Position numbers and translations under genes: made by a program. Below are positions 25,569 to 36,224 of a stretch of DNA of 64,000 nucleotides, in pieces. Under the pieces are notes generated by a model. It was not told where the DNA came from and searched no databases. It worked only from the letters and a program-made list of their open reading frames with translations. Within the stretch, counting starts at the first letter, position 1. The number at the start of each line of letters is the position of its first letter. The DNA is taken from positions 1 to 64,000 of the IMG/VR virus record IMGVR_UViG_3300028586_000020. One strand, given 5' to 3'. The DNA is from a virus. Its lineage: Duplodnaviria > Caudoviricetes.

Positions 25569-25964
25569 ATGAGTGCATTCTCGCAAGAAGTCGAAGCCTT
25601 CAAAACCCATCCACTGGAATACGCGCGGTTGACGGGTCGCACGACCAATATGCTCAATGCTGCAAAAGCGGTCGCTGAAAGTGGGCGACCTGTCGTCGTT
25701 ATTTTCAAAGACATGCGCACGGTCGAATCTTGGCAACGTAAATTCGGCAGCATCAAAAACATGTCGCTGATTCCGATGAAGGTGAAAATGCCGGAACTGG
25801 ATTGGAATCAACTGAAAATCACCGAAGGTATCCATAAACACAGCCAGACCTTCATCGATCACGATGTGATCTATCTGTACCATAAAGACCTGTTCAAAGC
25901 GTATCACGCTTATGACCGTCCAATGGATCACTCGCCTTACACCACACCACAACAACCTGCGTAA
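25569..25964 (+). CDS. Hypothetical protein with a degenerate P-loop-like motif
   Basis: ARLTGRTT followed by VVVIF, and FIDHD. Confidence 0.65.
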   Translation: MSAFSQEVEAFKTHPLEYARLTGRTTNMLNAAKAVAESGRPVVVIFKDMRTVESWQRKFGSIKNMSLIPMKVKMPELDWNQLKITEGIHKHSQTFIDHDVIYLYHKDLFKAYHAYDRPMDHSPYTTPQQPA

Positions 25965-25973
25965 GGACTAAGC

Positions 25974-26015
25974 GCATACTCCCCCTACCCCGTAAAGGGT
26001 AGGGGGAGCTATGAC
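25974..26015. terminator. Bidirectional hairpin flanked by CATA and TATG
   Basis: gcata-ctccccctaccc-cgtaaa-gggtagggggag-ctatgac between convergent genes. Confidence 0.8.
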
Positions 26016-26016
26016 G

Positions 26017-27456
26017 TTACTTGAAATTACCTTGGGTTGCTTGCTCCAGATTCGATTCTTGACCGTAATCGATTACGGCGGAATTGATACGTTGCAGGGC
26101 GCGGAACAAATCATGGAACAGGGCGCGGTTACGTGCTTCTGCTGCCTGAATCGCATGGTTCAAATAATTCAGATACATACAGAACTCGTTGAGCTTTGGA
26201 TTGCCGGACGTGTTCTTGCCTTTCGTTTGCGCTAACAAATGATCCATGGCGCGTCGAATGTCATTCGATTGATTGACATGCTCTTGCATTGCACGCATCG
26301 TTCTGTCAGAGGTGGAAAAGTTCTCCATCCAATCTAAAATCGCATCCATGGCTGGCTTCACGTTGCCCTGACTAATCACAGGCACGGTCGCGTTCGGTGG
26401 GGTGGTCATATCCGACACCTTCACTTCAAACTTGATCCGACGCAGCGTTATGAGTTTCTGCTGTAAAGCGAAGACACTCTTAGGACCGCCTGCTTGCGGA
26501 TCGTAGCTGTATGCCTTGATGTGGAAATCGCCGATGAATTCTTCTTTCGGCCACGATTCTTGGATACCACCGCCAGCGTTAGGTGGAAAGCCCAGCTTAC
26601 GCAACACCTTGATCGAATTGTCGCAATAGTTGTCAACGAATTCGTCCAGAACCGTGGCTGCATTGTCTTGATTGAGCTTTTTGAGCATCTCCAAGATCAT
26701 ATCACCTGATTCCAAGAAAGAATCGGAAAGACTATTAAACATCGTCGAAGCGAAGTGGTGCAAACGCTTGACTTCAGCCGCCAGTTTATCCGCAGGCACT
26801 TTGCCGTTAGGCATGGAGATCAAAGCTAGGTCCAGGGTATGATGTTTAAACTTAAACGTACCGTCGGACTTAGGTTTCTCTACGTGGACTGGGGCCGCAA
26901 CCGGCTCAGGCGCTGCCGCGGTAGGCGCTATAATGGCTGCGGGTTCTGGCGTCGGTGCGGCTTTCGGAAGATGCTTAATCGATTCCTCGATTTTCTTCTC
27001 CCCCTCGATGACTTTCTTTGCCTTCACCACCATCGCTTGGTCTTTCATCTTGCTTTTGCCGAAGAAGTCTTTAATGCTTTGCCACATCTTCGTGAGGTAC
27101 GCTTTGATGGCTTCCCACATCTTGCTCAATTGCTCGATGACGGTATTGACAAATCCTTCTGTTGACACACCAGCCGTGATCGCGCTAGCGACCTGATCAG
27201 GATTGACATCGGTGCCAGCCGTTGCCATGTCGCCCAACGCATCGATCAGCTCACGCTCTACTTCGCCGACTTCTGGCACTTGCGCGATGACGCTTTGTAC
27301 GTCAGTGATGATTTCTTGGGTATCACCCACACGATCAAAATCCGCATCGAGTTCCACCAACGCATTGCTGGTCTGATTCTGGTCATCGGTCAGGATGGCT
27401 TCTTCCTCTACCGACAACGTCGGAATATGTACTACAGGTTTCAAATGACGTTGCAT
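26017..27456 (-). CDS. Internal head protein (phiKZ gp162/163-like family)
   Basis: Acidic propeptide ending GVSTE|GFV (S-x-E protease site), then IKAYLTKMWQSIKDFF helix. Confidence 0.6.
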   Translation of the reverse strand: MQRHLKPVVHIPTLSVEEEAILTDDQNQTSNALVELDADFDRVGDTQEIITDVQSVIAQVPEVGEVERELIDALGDMATAGTDVNPDQVASAITAGVSTEGFVNTVIEQLSKMWEAIKAYLTKMWQSIKDFFGKSKMKDQAMVVKAKKVIEGEKKIEESIKHLPKAAPTPEPAAIIAPTAAAPEPVAAPVHVEKPKSDGTFKFKHHTLDLALISMPNGKVPADKLAAEVKRLHHFASTMFNSLSDSFLESGDMILEMLKKLNQDNAATVLDEFVDNYCDNSIKVLRKLGFPPNAGGGIQESWPKEEFIGDFHIKAYSYDPQAGGPKSVFALQQKLITLRRIKFEVKVSDMTTPPNATVPVISQGNVKPAMDAILDWMENFSTSDRTMRAMQEHVNQSNDIRRAMDHLLAQTKGKNTSGNPKLNEFCMYLNYLNHAIQAAEARNRALFHDLFRALQRINSAVIDYGQESNLEQATQGNFK

Positions 27457-27462
27457 GATTGA

Positions 27463-28095
27463 TTAAGGGGTTGGAAGTTGATTGGCAAGTACAAAGGCTT
27501 CTAGATCACTGTACTTCATTTGGAGCGCATGCAAATCTTCAAGCGCTACTCGTAGTTTGGCACCATCGGTTACGATGTTTTCCATGACGGCACGCCGCGC
27601 CGCTTCGATGGCTGCCGAGTCTTCAATGGAGATGCTCGTCAAGCGAGAGGCGAGCATTGCCCGCACTTGCGGGGTTTGGATGCCCAGTAAGTCATGGGCC
27701 AACTCGCCCACTTTGGACATGAAATACGACAAACTCAAGTCTTGTGGTAACGCGCCGAGGTTTACCGTGACGAACATGGTGCCGTAAGGCACGCCTGTAG
27801 CCACAGGCAACGATTCCAGATAGCTGTTGGGAACTTGGACAGGTTCGCCATCCGAGGCGCGGAACGTGACGATACAGACCTTGTTTGCCAAATCTTCACG
27901 GTACTTCTCCAGCGGGATTTCAAACGGCTCGTAGTAGAGCGCGTAAGGATCTTGACCAGTGCCGGCCGTGGCTTCTAAGGTTTGTAAGCTAATGACTTCG
28001 TAGGGGACGTTTTCAGCACAAAGACCCGCGAACGGCTCTTTGAGCTTAATCACCCCCGACGAACCAATGCTGGGTTGAATGTAGAGGGTTGCCAT
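27463..28095 (-). CDS. Conserved phiKZ-like virion protein
   Basis: PSIGSSGVIKLKEPF...VPNSYLESLP...VNLGALP motif set; located in the structural operon. Confidence 0.6.
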   Translation of the reverse strand: MATLYIQPSIGSSGVIKLKEPFAGLCAENVPYEVISLQTLEATAGTGQDPYALYYEPFEIPLEKYREDLANKVCIVTFRASDGEPVQVPNSYLESLPVATGVPYGTMFVTVNLGALPQDLSLSYFMSKVGELAHDLLGIQTPQVRAMLASRLTSISIEDSAAIEAARRAVMENIVTDGAKLRVALEDLHALQMKYSDLEAFVLANQLPTP

Positions 28096-28098
28096 GAA

Positions 28099-29403
28099 TT
28101 AGCTCAGATTCTTTTTGGCCACAACCAAGTAGTTGACGTTCTTGTAACTGCGCGCCAGGTACAAGATCCCATCACGACGCACCTTCATCATATCCGTCGG
28201 GATGGTCGTGTATTCACTTGCCGATTCCGCCGCAAACAACATGCGTTCGATGATGAAGGCCCAGTCGAGCGTATCTTTACTCATGCGATTCGATTCCACA
28301 GCAGTCGTGGCGACCGCGATGTAATCCTTGAACATTTCGTTGAGCTTGTAGACACCGTTACGGTTATCTGGCGAACCAATGGCCAAAATGGCCACCGAAC
28401 GATACGGGTGCGTGAAGGTGACCAGGTTCGAATCAATATGAGCTTGCGGGTATTGCTGCGCAAATTGCTTCATCTTGGCCGCTGCGCTCGCATATTGGAC
28501 GAAAGGCGAATAGATCCCGGTGGCCAATTCGCGGTTGGGAATAGCGTATTGGTCTTCGAGGGGCAGTAAGATAAACTCGGTGCGCTTGAAGATGTCGGGG
28601 AAGATCTTGATCCAATCATCACGGGTGTGGGCGGTGTTGGCCAGGATATAACCCATCAAGGCATCTTTGATCGAATCGACGTTGTCGCCAGCAGGACCAT
28701 AGATCAACACGCTCCAGTCGGTTGGGATCAGGTGATTGGAGTTTAACGGATCGATGAAGTTGTAGGTATGGGTGCGGGTAATGGTATCGGGGTATTTGCT
28801 TTTGGCCAGTTGGATGCGGTCCATTGTTTCCGAACTCGTCAACGCTTTGACCAGCAGTTCGACTTCGCTACCGGGCTTGAAGAAATTGTCCAGCACAGTA
28901 AACGGCGGCACGACGTAGATTTCATACTCGTCGTATTGTTGCTGGAAGCTGTTGTCGATAAACCACACTTTGAGGAAGTTCTCTTTGTGGCCATTGTCGG
29001 TCAAGCATTTCCACGAGACCCATTCAGGCAACGTATACACGCCATCGGAAACCATGTTGCCGCATACGAAATCGCTGGCTTTGCCAACGAAATTGGTCAG
29101 CAGGTTTTCCAGCAGCACAGTCGGCGGGATGTCCAGTTGGCCGCCAAGAGTTTGATTGTAGACGAAGTTAGAAACTTCGAGCGTTTGTTCTGCAATCGTC
29201 GATGGTACGGGAATGGCGGTGTCGTCATCTTTCGAAATGAACGACATCAGTGTCAGGTTGGGCGCGGTAACTTTGTTACTGTAAATACCTTTCTCCCGCG
29301 AGAAGGTAGCGCCATAAGGGGACAGCTCACCCAGCTTGGCAACGACACCTGGCGTGTTGTTAGCGAAGGTGGTGTTAATGATAAAGCTCTTCAGTACGTA
29401 CAT
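28099..29403 (-). CDS. Conserved phiKZ-like virion structural protein
   Basis: ATG 29403 (MYVLKSF...); GELSPYGATFSRE and IFPDIFKRTEF motifs. Confidence 0.6.
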   Translation of the reverse strand: MYVLKSFIINTTFANNTPGVVAKLGELSPYGATFSREKGIYSNKVTAPNLTLMSFISKDDDTAIPVPSTIAEQTLEVSNFVYNQTLGGQLDIPPTVLLENLLTNFVGKASDFVCGNMVSDGVYTLPEWVSWKCLTDNGHKENFLKVWFIDNSFQQQYDEYEIYVVPPFTVLDNFFKPGSEVELLVKALTSSETMDRIQLAKSKYPDTITRTHTYNFIDPLNSNHLIPTDWSVLIYGPAGDNVDSIKDALMGYILANTAHTRDDWIKIFPDIFKRTEFILLPLEDQYAIPNRELATGIYSPFVQYASAAAKMKQFAQQYPQAHIDSNLVTFTHPYRSVAILAIGSPDNRNGVYKLNEMFKDYIAVATTAVESNRMSKDTLDWAFIIERMLFAAESASEYTTIPTDMMKVRRDGILYLARSYKNVNYLVVAKKNLS

Positions 29404-29499
29404 CGAATTCTCCTGCCGCGCTGGCTTGGGTGAAGAGATAAAAGGAGACCGCGTTACAATGGTCTTATGTCTATAAAATAACTTAAAAAGGAATGAAGG

Positions 29500-29949
29500 A
29501 TGTCTTTCTTTATGGTGGTATTTAAGGTCATTCCTTACATCGTGCCGTTTCTCAAAGAAATGATTATTGGCAAGAAGACGTGGCGCCAAGCATTTAAAGA
29601 GAATCGCGGGAAAACCATGTTGGGGTTTGTGTTGGTGATCTCGTTGGTGTTTAACGTGGTGTTAACTGCGAAGGTCGGTAATTTGGCCTTTAAGTATCTG
29701 CATCTTTCGCGTGCCAAAGAAGAATTGGAACAGCGGGTCAAAACGCAGACCAACAACACGGATCACATCGAAGGATCGACCCGTCACCCGATCGTCAACA
29801 ACACGGAAATTGCCGCAGAAGTGCAAAAGAAACCCAAACCGACGCTGGCGAAAGAAGGCGTTACCGTCAAGCCAGCCAAAGTGTTGGATGACGAAGTACG
29901 CGCTGACTTAGAACGCATGCGGCAACGTGAAGCGTCTTCAGAACGTTAA
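29500..29949 (+). CDS. Putative i-spanin (inner-membrane protein)
   Basis: TM segment MLGFVLVISLVFNVVL followed by a coiled coil. Confidence 0.45.
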   Translation: MSFFMVVFKVIPYIVPFLKEMIIGKKTWRQAFKENRGKTMLGFVLVISLVFNVVLTAKVGNLAFKYLHLSRAKEELEQRVKTQTNNTDHIEGSTRHPIVNNTEIAAEVQKKPKPTLAKEGVTVKPAKVLDDEVRADLERMRQREASSER

Positions 29950-29974
29950 TCTTTTTACTTAAGGAGAAGTGTCC

Positions 29975-30400
29975 ATGCAACGCAAAACACACATCGTGAT
30001 CGCCTCGATCATTTTCGTTTTGGGTGGTTGTGGTAGTTTCAATAACAGTTTCAATACTTACCCGCCGCCCATTCCCAAAGAAAGTCCCATGGAAATGAGT
30101 TCGGTGGTGATGGAGCCCGATGAAGACGTCACGGCGCCGGCGATCATCCCGATCAAGATCGCTCCTAAAGCGACAGAGAACGTTTCCAAGCCCTGTTCGG
30201 TTTCTCCGTATCCAACACCAGGTAAATTCCCTGAACTCCCCATCAAGGCTGCGCAAGGGGCTGAAGGGGACCCTTACGCTTTAGAACGTATCTGGCGCAA
30301 GCACGTCGATGAACTGCGCTCGTATATTAGCGAGCGACGACGGTTGCAGCGGGAAGCGCGTGAAACATTTACGGAAAAGTGCGAGACCGTGGGCAAATAG
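29975..30400 (+). CDS. Putative o-spanin (lipoprotein)
   Basis: Lipobox VLGG-C after a hydrophobic signal; Pro-rich; second Cys; follows the i-spanin-like gene. Confidence 0.5.
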   Translation: MQRKTHIVIASIIFVLGGCGSFNNSFNTYPPPIPKESPMEMSSVVMEPDEDVTAPAIIPIKIAPKATENVSKPCSVSPYPTPGKFPELPIKAAQGAEGDPYALERIWRKHVDELRSYISERRRLQREARETFTEKCETVGK

Positions 30401-30483
30401 GAAAAGATTGACAGAAGGGGATTTTTATCCCGGTATGTCATCCTTTAGACCAGCACGATCTCACAAACACTTTTCCTTAACGG

Positions 30484-32010
30484 ATGGATGTAATGTCAAA
30501 GAAAAAAGAAGTTATTGCCAAAGAACCTGGCATGAAAGGGGCAGTTCTATTCGCTGATGGTAGCGCGCGTCCCAATCCAGGTTTTGCAGGATGGGGTTTG
30601 CATGGCTATATTTACGAAGCTGTCGAACCAACCAAGGGCACGGGCAATCCCGACTACGTCCTGACCGAAAACGATTACCTCACCAAAACAGTGAAGGCAA
30701 CGGTGCCTGACGTCAAACTCGTTACCCCCCTCCATTACGTCGACGGTTACGGCGGCGTGCCGATGAGTCTGGCGGCCGATAGTCGTGGCACCAGTAATAA
30801 CCAAGGCGAACTGATGGGTGCGATTGAAGCGCTGAAGTTTGCCTTGGAACACGATTTACAAAAAGTACGGATTTGGACCGACAGCCAATACGTGGTGACC
30901 AACATCGGCAATGCGGCAAACTGGCAGCGTCAAGGCTGGCGCCTCTCTAGCGGTGAAGAAGCCAAGAACGTTCCGCTTTGGAAAGAGTTCTTGGCGTTCT
31001 ACGAATTGGTCAAAGCCAAGAACATGGACTTTGCCATTAGCTGGACCAGAGGACACGCGGGCAACTACGGCAATGAAATTGTCGACGGGTTGGCGTTTGT
31101 TGGAATGCGTCACGCGACCCATGGGATTTTCGAAAGCAAGGTCACGTTAAGTCCTCCGGACGGGTATTGGAAATACGAAGCGAACCGCCATCCGTTTATC
31201 GGCCATCGGCGCATGTATTACAACACCTTGATGGATGCGAATCTGCCTGGTGAATACTGTCTGGGCGAGCATGACAAGGACGACGACCTCGCCGGCAAAC
31301 GTCAAGCCAACGGCGCGTATGCGTATGTGCGTTTGGACCAACCTGAGAACGTGTTGGAGAAGGTGCGCCAACATAGCTGCAAACTCGCAGCTGGTCAAGA
31401 CACGGTGATGATTGCGCGGGTGGACTATATTTACCGCGCTGAAGTCCATGAATATCTGGACTCGTATGGCGACGTAGTAATGAACAATCCGCCCGATGCC
31501 AAATCCCGCCTCGACGCAGTCATTCGCAACAAGAAAGAACCAGTGACAACCGAACACTGGCCACCTTTGTTAATTGGTCGCGCCGTTCAGGAATTGATGC
31601 AACTCAAAGACATTCTGGACGACTATTTAAAGGATGAGCCGTCGATGGTTACGACGGACCTGACTCCTTTAATTTATGAGTCAATTGTGGAAACCAGTAA
31701 GAAAGGTGAAGAGAAACACTTTACCAAGCTGCGTCCTGAATTCATCGTTGGGACGTCAAAAATGGAAGCGAACGTAAATTACCGCCATCCAGACGGTACC
31801 GTTCGTCAGGTCAACATCAACCTCCTTTTGGGGCTGGATTTACTGGATCGCAATGCGTTACGCCGACTCGAAGATCTGGAACCGGAAGTTCGTCTAGTGA
31901 CCTGGCCGGAAGAGCCACAAGCCTTCCGATTTGCAACCATCATCAAAGTGAAGGGCGCAGTAGGGATCTGGGCGGGCACGTATAGTAACCACCGCTTAAT
32001 CCTCAACTAG
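30484..32010 (+). CDS. rnhA: Ribonuclease H (phiKZ gp155-like, long form)
   Basis: LFADGSARPNPG, NNQGELMG, IWTDSQYV and WTRGHAGNYGNEIVD RNase HI motifs. Confidence 0.92.
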   Translation: MDVMSKKKEVIAKEPGMKGAVLFADGSARPNPGFAGWGLHGYIYEAVEPTKGTGNPDYVLTENDYLTKTVKATVPDVKLVTPLHYVDGYGGVPMSLAADSRGTSNNQGELMGAIEALKFALEHDLQKVRIWTDSQYVVTNIGNAANWQRQGWRLSSGEEAKNVPLWKEFLAFYELVKAKNMDFAISWTRGHAGNYGNEIVDGLAFVGMRHATHGIFESKVTLSPPDGYWKYEANRHPFIGHRRMYYNTLMDANLPGEYCLGEHDKDDDLAGKRQANGAYAYVRLDQPENVLEKVRQHSCKLAAGQDTVMIARVDYIYRAEVHEYLDSYGDVVMNNPPDAKSRLDAVIRNKKEPVTTEHWPPLLIGRAVQELMQLKDILDDYLKDEPSMVTTDLTPLIYESIVETSKKGEEKHFTKLRPEFIVGTSKMEANVNYRHPDGTVRQVNINLLLGLDLLDRNALRRLEDLEPEVRLVTWPEEPQAFRFATIIKVKGAVGIWAGTYSNHRLILN

Positions 32011-32057
32011 AAGGAGCAAGCATCACCAAGACGGGATTGATCCCAAGGAGTCTAACC

Positions 32058-32459
32058 ATGCTCAGGCATTTTGTCAGCAAAGTTGTAAACGAACGGTTGC
32101 CGACCAAAACCAAGCGGCAATTCTTTTTGATGTCGTTTGCAGCACTGCTGATTGGCGCGACGACGTTTGACAAAGAGACTTTTAAGAAACTGAACCGGGT
32201 TTTGGTATTATCAGAATCCGGCGAATCAGCTTTGGCTGTTCCTTTGATCCTTTCGAAGGTGATCTGGAATGGCAAGACCTCGTACGAAGTCTGTCAAGAA
32301 GATGTCAAGGAAGGTACGTTCAGCGCCGCCCGCATCTCTTCGGTTGTCGCCAACATTTTGAACAGTATGCCCAAGTGTCTGCATTACGGCAACACAGAAG
32401 ACATCGAGAAAGATGTTGGTGTCATCTTGAAAGACCGCATCGAACTGTTAGGCGCCTAA
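32058..32459 (+). CDS. Hypothetical conserved phage protein
   Basis: AAGGAG RBS before ATG 32058. Confidence 0.6.
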   Translation: MLRHFVSKVVNERLPTKTKRQFFLMSFAALLIGATTFDKETFKKLNRVLVLSESGESALAVPLILSKVIWNGKTSYEVCQEDVKEGTFSAARISSVVANILNSMPKCLHYGNTEDIEKDVGVILKDRIELLGA

Positions 32460-32476
32460 TCTGCGCACCCCCGAAC

Positions 32477-32525
32477 GTCATAAGCCCACCTGCTCCCTAA
32501 TCGGAAGCAGGTGGGGACTTATGCC
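32477..32525. terminator. Bidirectional hairpin flanked by CATA and TATG
   Basis: gtcataag-cccacctgct...agcaggtggg-gacttatgcc between convergent genes. Confidence 0.75.
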
Positions 32526-32526
32526 T

Positions 32527-33411
32527 TTACTTGGCTTTGTCGTTCTCTTTCAGGATCGCGCTGACTTTGTTCATGGTGTCGCCGACGGCGGTATTGATCG
32601 TCATCGTACGGAAGTAGGTCGCAGCAAAGAATTCCAATTCAGCACCGGATTGGTAAGCACCCGCGGCGAGATTGTTGGTCACTTCAGGACCAGCGCCTTC
32701 GAACTCGTTGTTTTTGATCTGCTTGATGATCGTACCGAGTTGGGTGTTGCATTCTTCAGCTTTCTTGTGCAGCGCACTGCGATCGATCGTATTGACCAGG
32801 TGATCGATTTCGGTCAGGAGCTTGAATACTTCGGTCCAGTCGCCGTTACGGTCGACGACATCGCCGTACGTGCGCTCAGCGCGCGAGGAACCGGGTTTAA
32901 AGCACTTTGCAGCGCGTTTGTTCAGTTCGGTGCGGGTCTTCTCCATCTTCGCGTACAACGCGTCGTGGGGCATCGTGGTGACCTTCAGTTGGCGGTTGGT
33001 GATGATCTGCGCCAGGTACACCGAATACTCATTTAACGTTTTGAGGGTCGTGCTGTGGCAATGCAGGACCAGATCACGCACCACCATCAGGTACTCGATA
33101 TACGACGCTTCGAGACCTTCCGGAACATATGCCAGCAGTGGAGAAAGATTGAGGTAAACCCGCCCATCAATCGTGCGCAGGAATTCACGTTCGTTGCTTT
33201 TGAGCTGCACCGCCGGGTTGTCGGATTTGAAGAAACCAGCCACGGTGAAGTTGTTGATGTAATCTTGGAAGTTCTTCTGCAAACTTGGGATCAGGTTTTG
33301 CAGCGAGTTGACGATCCCCGACACCGAGAATGTTTCGTGGCTGATCATCCCACGCAGGTGCTCCATCTCTTGGAGCGGATCGAGGGTCAGAATGGGTTGA
33401 TTGATTTTCAT
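32527..33411 (-). CDS. Virion (head) structural protein, gp153-like
   Basis: ATG 33411; ISHE|TFS possible protease site; helical. Confidence 0.55.
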   Translation of the reverse strand: MKINQPILTLDPLQEMEHLRGMISHETFSVSGIVNSLQNLIPSLQKNFQDYINNFTVAGFFKSDNPAVQLKSNEREFLRTIDGRVYLNLSPLLAYVPEGLEASYIEYLMVVRDLVLHCHSTTLKTLNEYSVYLAQIITNRQLKVTTMPHDALYAKMEKTRTELNKRAAKCFKPGSSRAERTYGDVVDRNGDWTEVFKLLTEIDHLVNTIDRSALHKKAEECNTQLGTIIKQIKNNEFEGAGPEVTNNLAAGAYQSGAELEFFAATYFRTMTINTAVGDTMNKVSAILKENDKAK

Positions 33412-33573
33412 GGTCGTGATCTTTTCACAAAAAAGTTGGCAAACTAGCAGAATGGACCGAGACCGGAATTGTCGGCATCGGAATTGTACACATAAAATTA
33501 AAACCAGAGTCATCATTATCTGGCCAAGGACATTTCAGCGTCCCATCATTTCACAAGAAAACGGAGCATCTAC

Positions 33574-35148
33574 GTGAGCTTACTACCCGCTAACCTTCAA
33601 GCCGCTGCGTATATCAACCCTTCGATTCCCATCGGAGCGGGATTCGATATCCTGAACGGCACTTTGTACAGGGGGCTGCACCGTCAGTGGATTCTGTCGG
33701 GCGGTCTTTCCTACATCATGGGTATCGCTGCCAAAGGCAACGTCGGTAAATCGACACTGGCTGAATGGATGATTTACACCGCCATGGGGCGTGTGACGCC
33801 ATGGGATTTCGAAAAGCCCAGCGTCGGGATCTTCTACGATACCGAAATTAACAAGAACGAACCACGCATGACGGCGCTACAACTGGCCATCAAAGTGCTG
33901 TGCAACCGTGATCTGTTCTCGGCGGCGCGCTTTACGCTGACCAACAAAGTGCAATACAGCGGTAACAAGTTCTTTGACATGATCAAAGACTGGCTCGACG
34001 GCAAACGCAAAGACCGCAAGAACGCTTACGATACGCCGTTCGCTGACCGCGGCGGCAAGACGTTCTTCCGTAGTTTCGTACCAACGTTCACCGCCGTCGA
34101 CTCGTTGTCGGAATTCGATACCGACGATATCGACAAAGTACGGGACAAAACTGAACTCGGTACCGGCGACCAGAACATCCTAAACATGCGGGCTGGTCTG
34201 GTCAAAGCCAACTTCCTGACCGAACTGCCGCGCGTCACTATCCAAGCCAACAACTACACGGTGCTGGTGGCACAGATGGGCAAGAATATGGACGTGGGCG
34301 CATCGCCACATGCTCCGAAACCACAGCAATTGAAGAACCTGCCGTCGTCCGAAGCGATCAAGGGCGCCACGGCCAAATTCACTTACGCCACCCATGATTG
34401 CTGGTGGATCGAATCGTCTGCTGCGGAGTGGGACGATGAAATGAAACCCGAATACCCAATCGAACCGGGTATCGCGCGTATCAAAGATCCAGACCTGCAA
34501 AAGACCAAGCTCAAACAGCTGCGTTCCAAAGGCGGACCATCGGGCGTGTTCCATGAAATCCTGGTGTCGCAAGCCACGGGTATTCTGCCAGAGTTGACCG
34601 AATTCCACTACCTGCGTAACCGCAAGAGTTGGGGTATGGAAGTATCGGGCTCGGGCGGTGCCTTCAAAGCCCTGATGCTGTATCCAGATGTGAAAGTTAC
34701 CCGCAACACGGTCCGTATGACGATCGATAGCGATCCGCTGTTCTGCCGTGCTCTGAACTTCACGATGGAAATGAAGCAGATGGAAGAACATTGGCCATGG
34801 GTGGTCGACGAAGGTTGGTTTGTGGACCCGGACGAACTCTATCGTGGTTTGGTGGCGCGCGGCTACGACTGGAAGGTGCTGCTCAATACCCGCGGTTACT
34901 GGTGTCTCGGCGAAGGCCCATGTCCAGAACTGTCGACGATGGACCTGTGGCGCCTCTATCACGGCGCCTACCATCCTTACTGGTACGACAAGCTCGTCGG
35001 TAAGGAAGCTGCGGCCAAGGTCAACAAGGGCCCATACGAGGCCGTGTTGGCGAAGATGGAGTACGGTCCCCTCTGGAGCGATCTGCAAGAAGCCAAAGAT
35101 ATCTACGGCTTTGCCAAACCCCTGCCGCCTGAACTGAAAGCGGCATGA
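33574..35148 (+). CDS. uvsX: UvsX/RecA-like recombinase (phiKZ gp152-like)
   Basis: Walker A GIAAKGNVGKST, YDTE, AVDSLSEF Walker B region, VAQMG. Confidence 0.85.
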   Translation: MSLLPANLQAAAYINPSIPIGAGFDILNGTLYRGLHRQWILSGGLSYIMGIAAKGNVGKSTLAEWMIYTAMGRVTPWDFEKPSVGIFYDTEINKNEPRMTALQLAIKVLCNRDLFSAARFTLTNKVQYSGNKFFDMIKDWLDGKRKDRKNAYDTPFADRGGKTFFRSFVPTFTAVDSLSEFDTDDIDKVRDKTELGTGDQNILNMRAGLVKANFLTELPRVTIQANNYTVLVAQMGKNMDVGASPHAPKPQQLKNLPSSEAIKGATAKFTYATHDCWWIESSAAEWDDEMKPEYPIEPGIARIKDPDLQKTKLKQLRSKGGPSGVFHEILVSQATGILPELTEFHYLRNRKSWGMEVSGSGGAFKALMLYPDVKVTRNTVRMTIDSDPLFCRALNFTMEMKQMEEHWPWVVDEGWFVDPDELYRGLVARGYDWKVLLNTRGYWCLGEGPCPELSTMDLWRLYHGAYHPYWYDKLVGKEAAAKVNKGPYEAVLAKMEYGPLWSDLQEAKDIYGFAKPLPPELKAA

Positions 35149-35351
35149 GCGTTAAAGAAGTAGATGGCCTTCACCCTCACATTGTTGTGGTGGCGGTGAA
35201 GGCCGTGGTTGATCCGGTCAATGGTAAAAAGATAGAAGGTTATTCCTTTACCGTTTACGATATGCGTGTTCGTCCTGATTGGGTCGACCTGACTACTCGT
35301 CGTTATGTCCGTCAACTCGAACATTACCTCAAAACTGGAAGAATCGAATGA
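35145..35351 (+). CDS. Small hypothetical protein
   Basis: ATGA overlap with the uvsX stop. Confidence 0.65.
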   Translation: MSVKEVDGLHPHIVVVAVKAVVDPVNGKKIEGYSFTVYDMRVRPDWVDLTTRRYVRQLEHYLKTGRIE

Positions 35352-35402
35352 GTCCTGAAGACGAAATGCACCTGGACGACAATCCCACCAAATACAACTA
35401 AC

Positions 35403-35678
35403 ATGATCGAATACAGCCCAGAACTCAAAGCCGTATTAAGTACCGAGGTCCCGGAACCGATTCTGTTCCCGTTCGAGTCGTTGATTCGCCACAAGAAGAC
35501 AGGCGGGGTGTACGAGGTCAGGATCACTCCGGACGTCGGTCGCTTGGAAGCCACTAACACACCTGCTTACGCCTACCGTAGTTTGGACAGTGGACTCGTG
35601 TGGTTCCGTTCTCAAGAAGAAATCGAAGACGGTCGTTTCGAACTTACTCTCCGTCCAGTTACTGCGCTCGGACAATAA
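35403..35678 (+). CDS. DUF1653-like protein
   Basis: RHKKTGGVYEV...LEAT...YAY...WFRSQEEIEDGRF. Confidence 0.65.
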   Translation: MIEYSPELKAVLSTEVPEPILFPFESLIRHKKTGGVYEVRITPDVGRLEATNTPAYAYRSLDSGLVWFRSQEEIEDGRFELTLRPVTALGQ

Positions 35679-35738
35679 ACTTTCTCCTATTTCTTGTCAG
35701 AAATAGATTTCTTGTTGTTATTTTTTTGGTAATTAATT

Positions 35739-36224
35739 ATGTCGAATATGGATACTGTAGAAGAAGGAATGCCGTCGAACAATGACATCACCGACGTGGA
35801 GTTCCGCGAAGTTCCTACAGAACCGGTCGCGGAAGATCAACCGCTGTCGTTGGCGGAAACCATTACGATGATGATGGAAGAAGCAGGGGTTGTTGATCCG
35901 ATGTACTGGATGCGTGGTCTGAACCGCGAAGCATTGCTCTCGCCCGATCTGAACGTTCAGCGCTACCTCATCAATCGTCACTGGCGCGGTCTGTTAACCC
36001 AAGGCTTGACTGTCGATCAAATCAAGCAAACCATCAATGCGCGCGGTTGCCTGCAAGATGGTCGCTGGGAACTGACGGACTGGATCTCCCACTTCAAGAA
36101 AGATGTCCTTCCATGCGCGATCAAAATCGGGGTGCTGACCACCCATCCGAGCGAACCAGCTCCGGAAGAATCGACAAAGAGCGACTCAGCGAATTCCGAT
36201 ACCGCGTCGTCGTCTTCGGTTTAA
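35739..36224 (+). CDS. Hypothetical protein
   Basis: 161-aa ORF with acidic termini. Confidence 0.65.
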   Translation: MSNMDTVEEGMPSNNDITDVEFREVPTEPVAEDQPLSLAETITMMMEEAGVVDPMYWMRGLNREALLSPDLNVQRYLINRHWRGLLTQGLTVDQIKQTINARGCLQDGRWELTDWISHFKKDVLPCAIKIGVLTTHPSEPAPEESTKSDSANSDTASSSSV

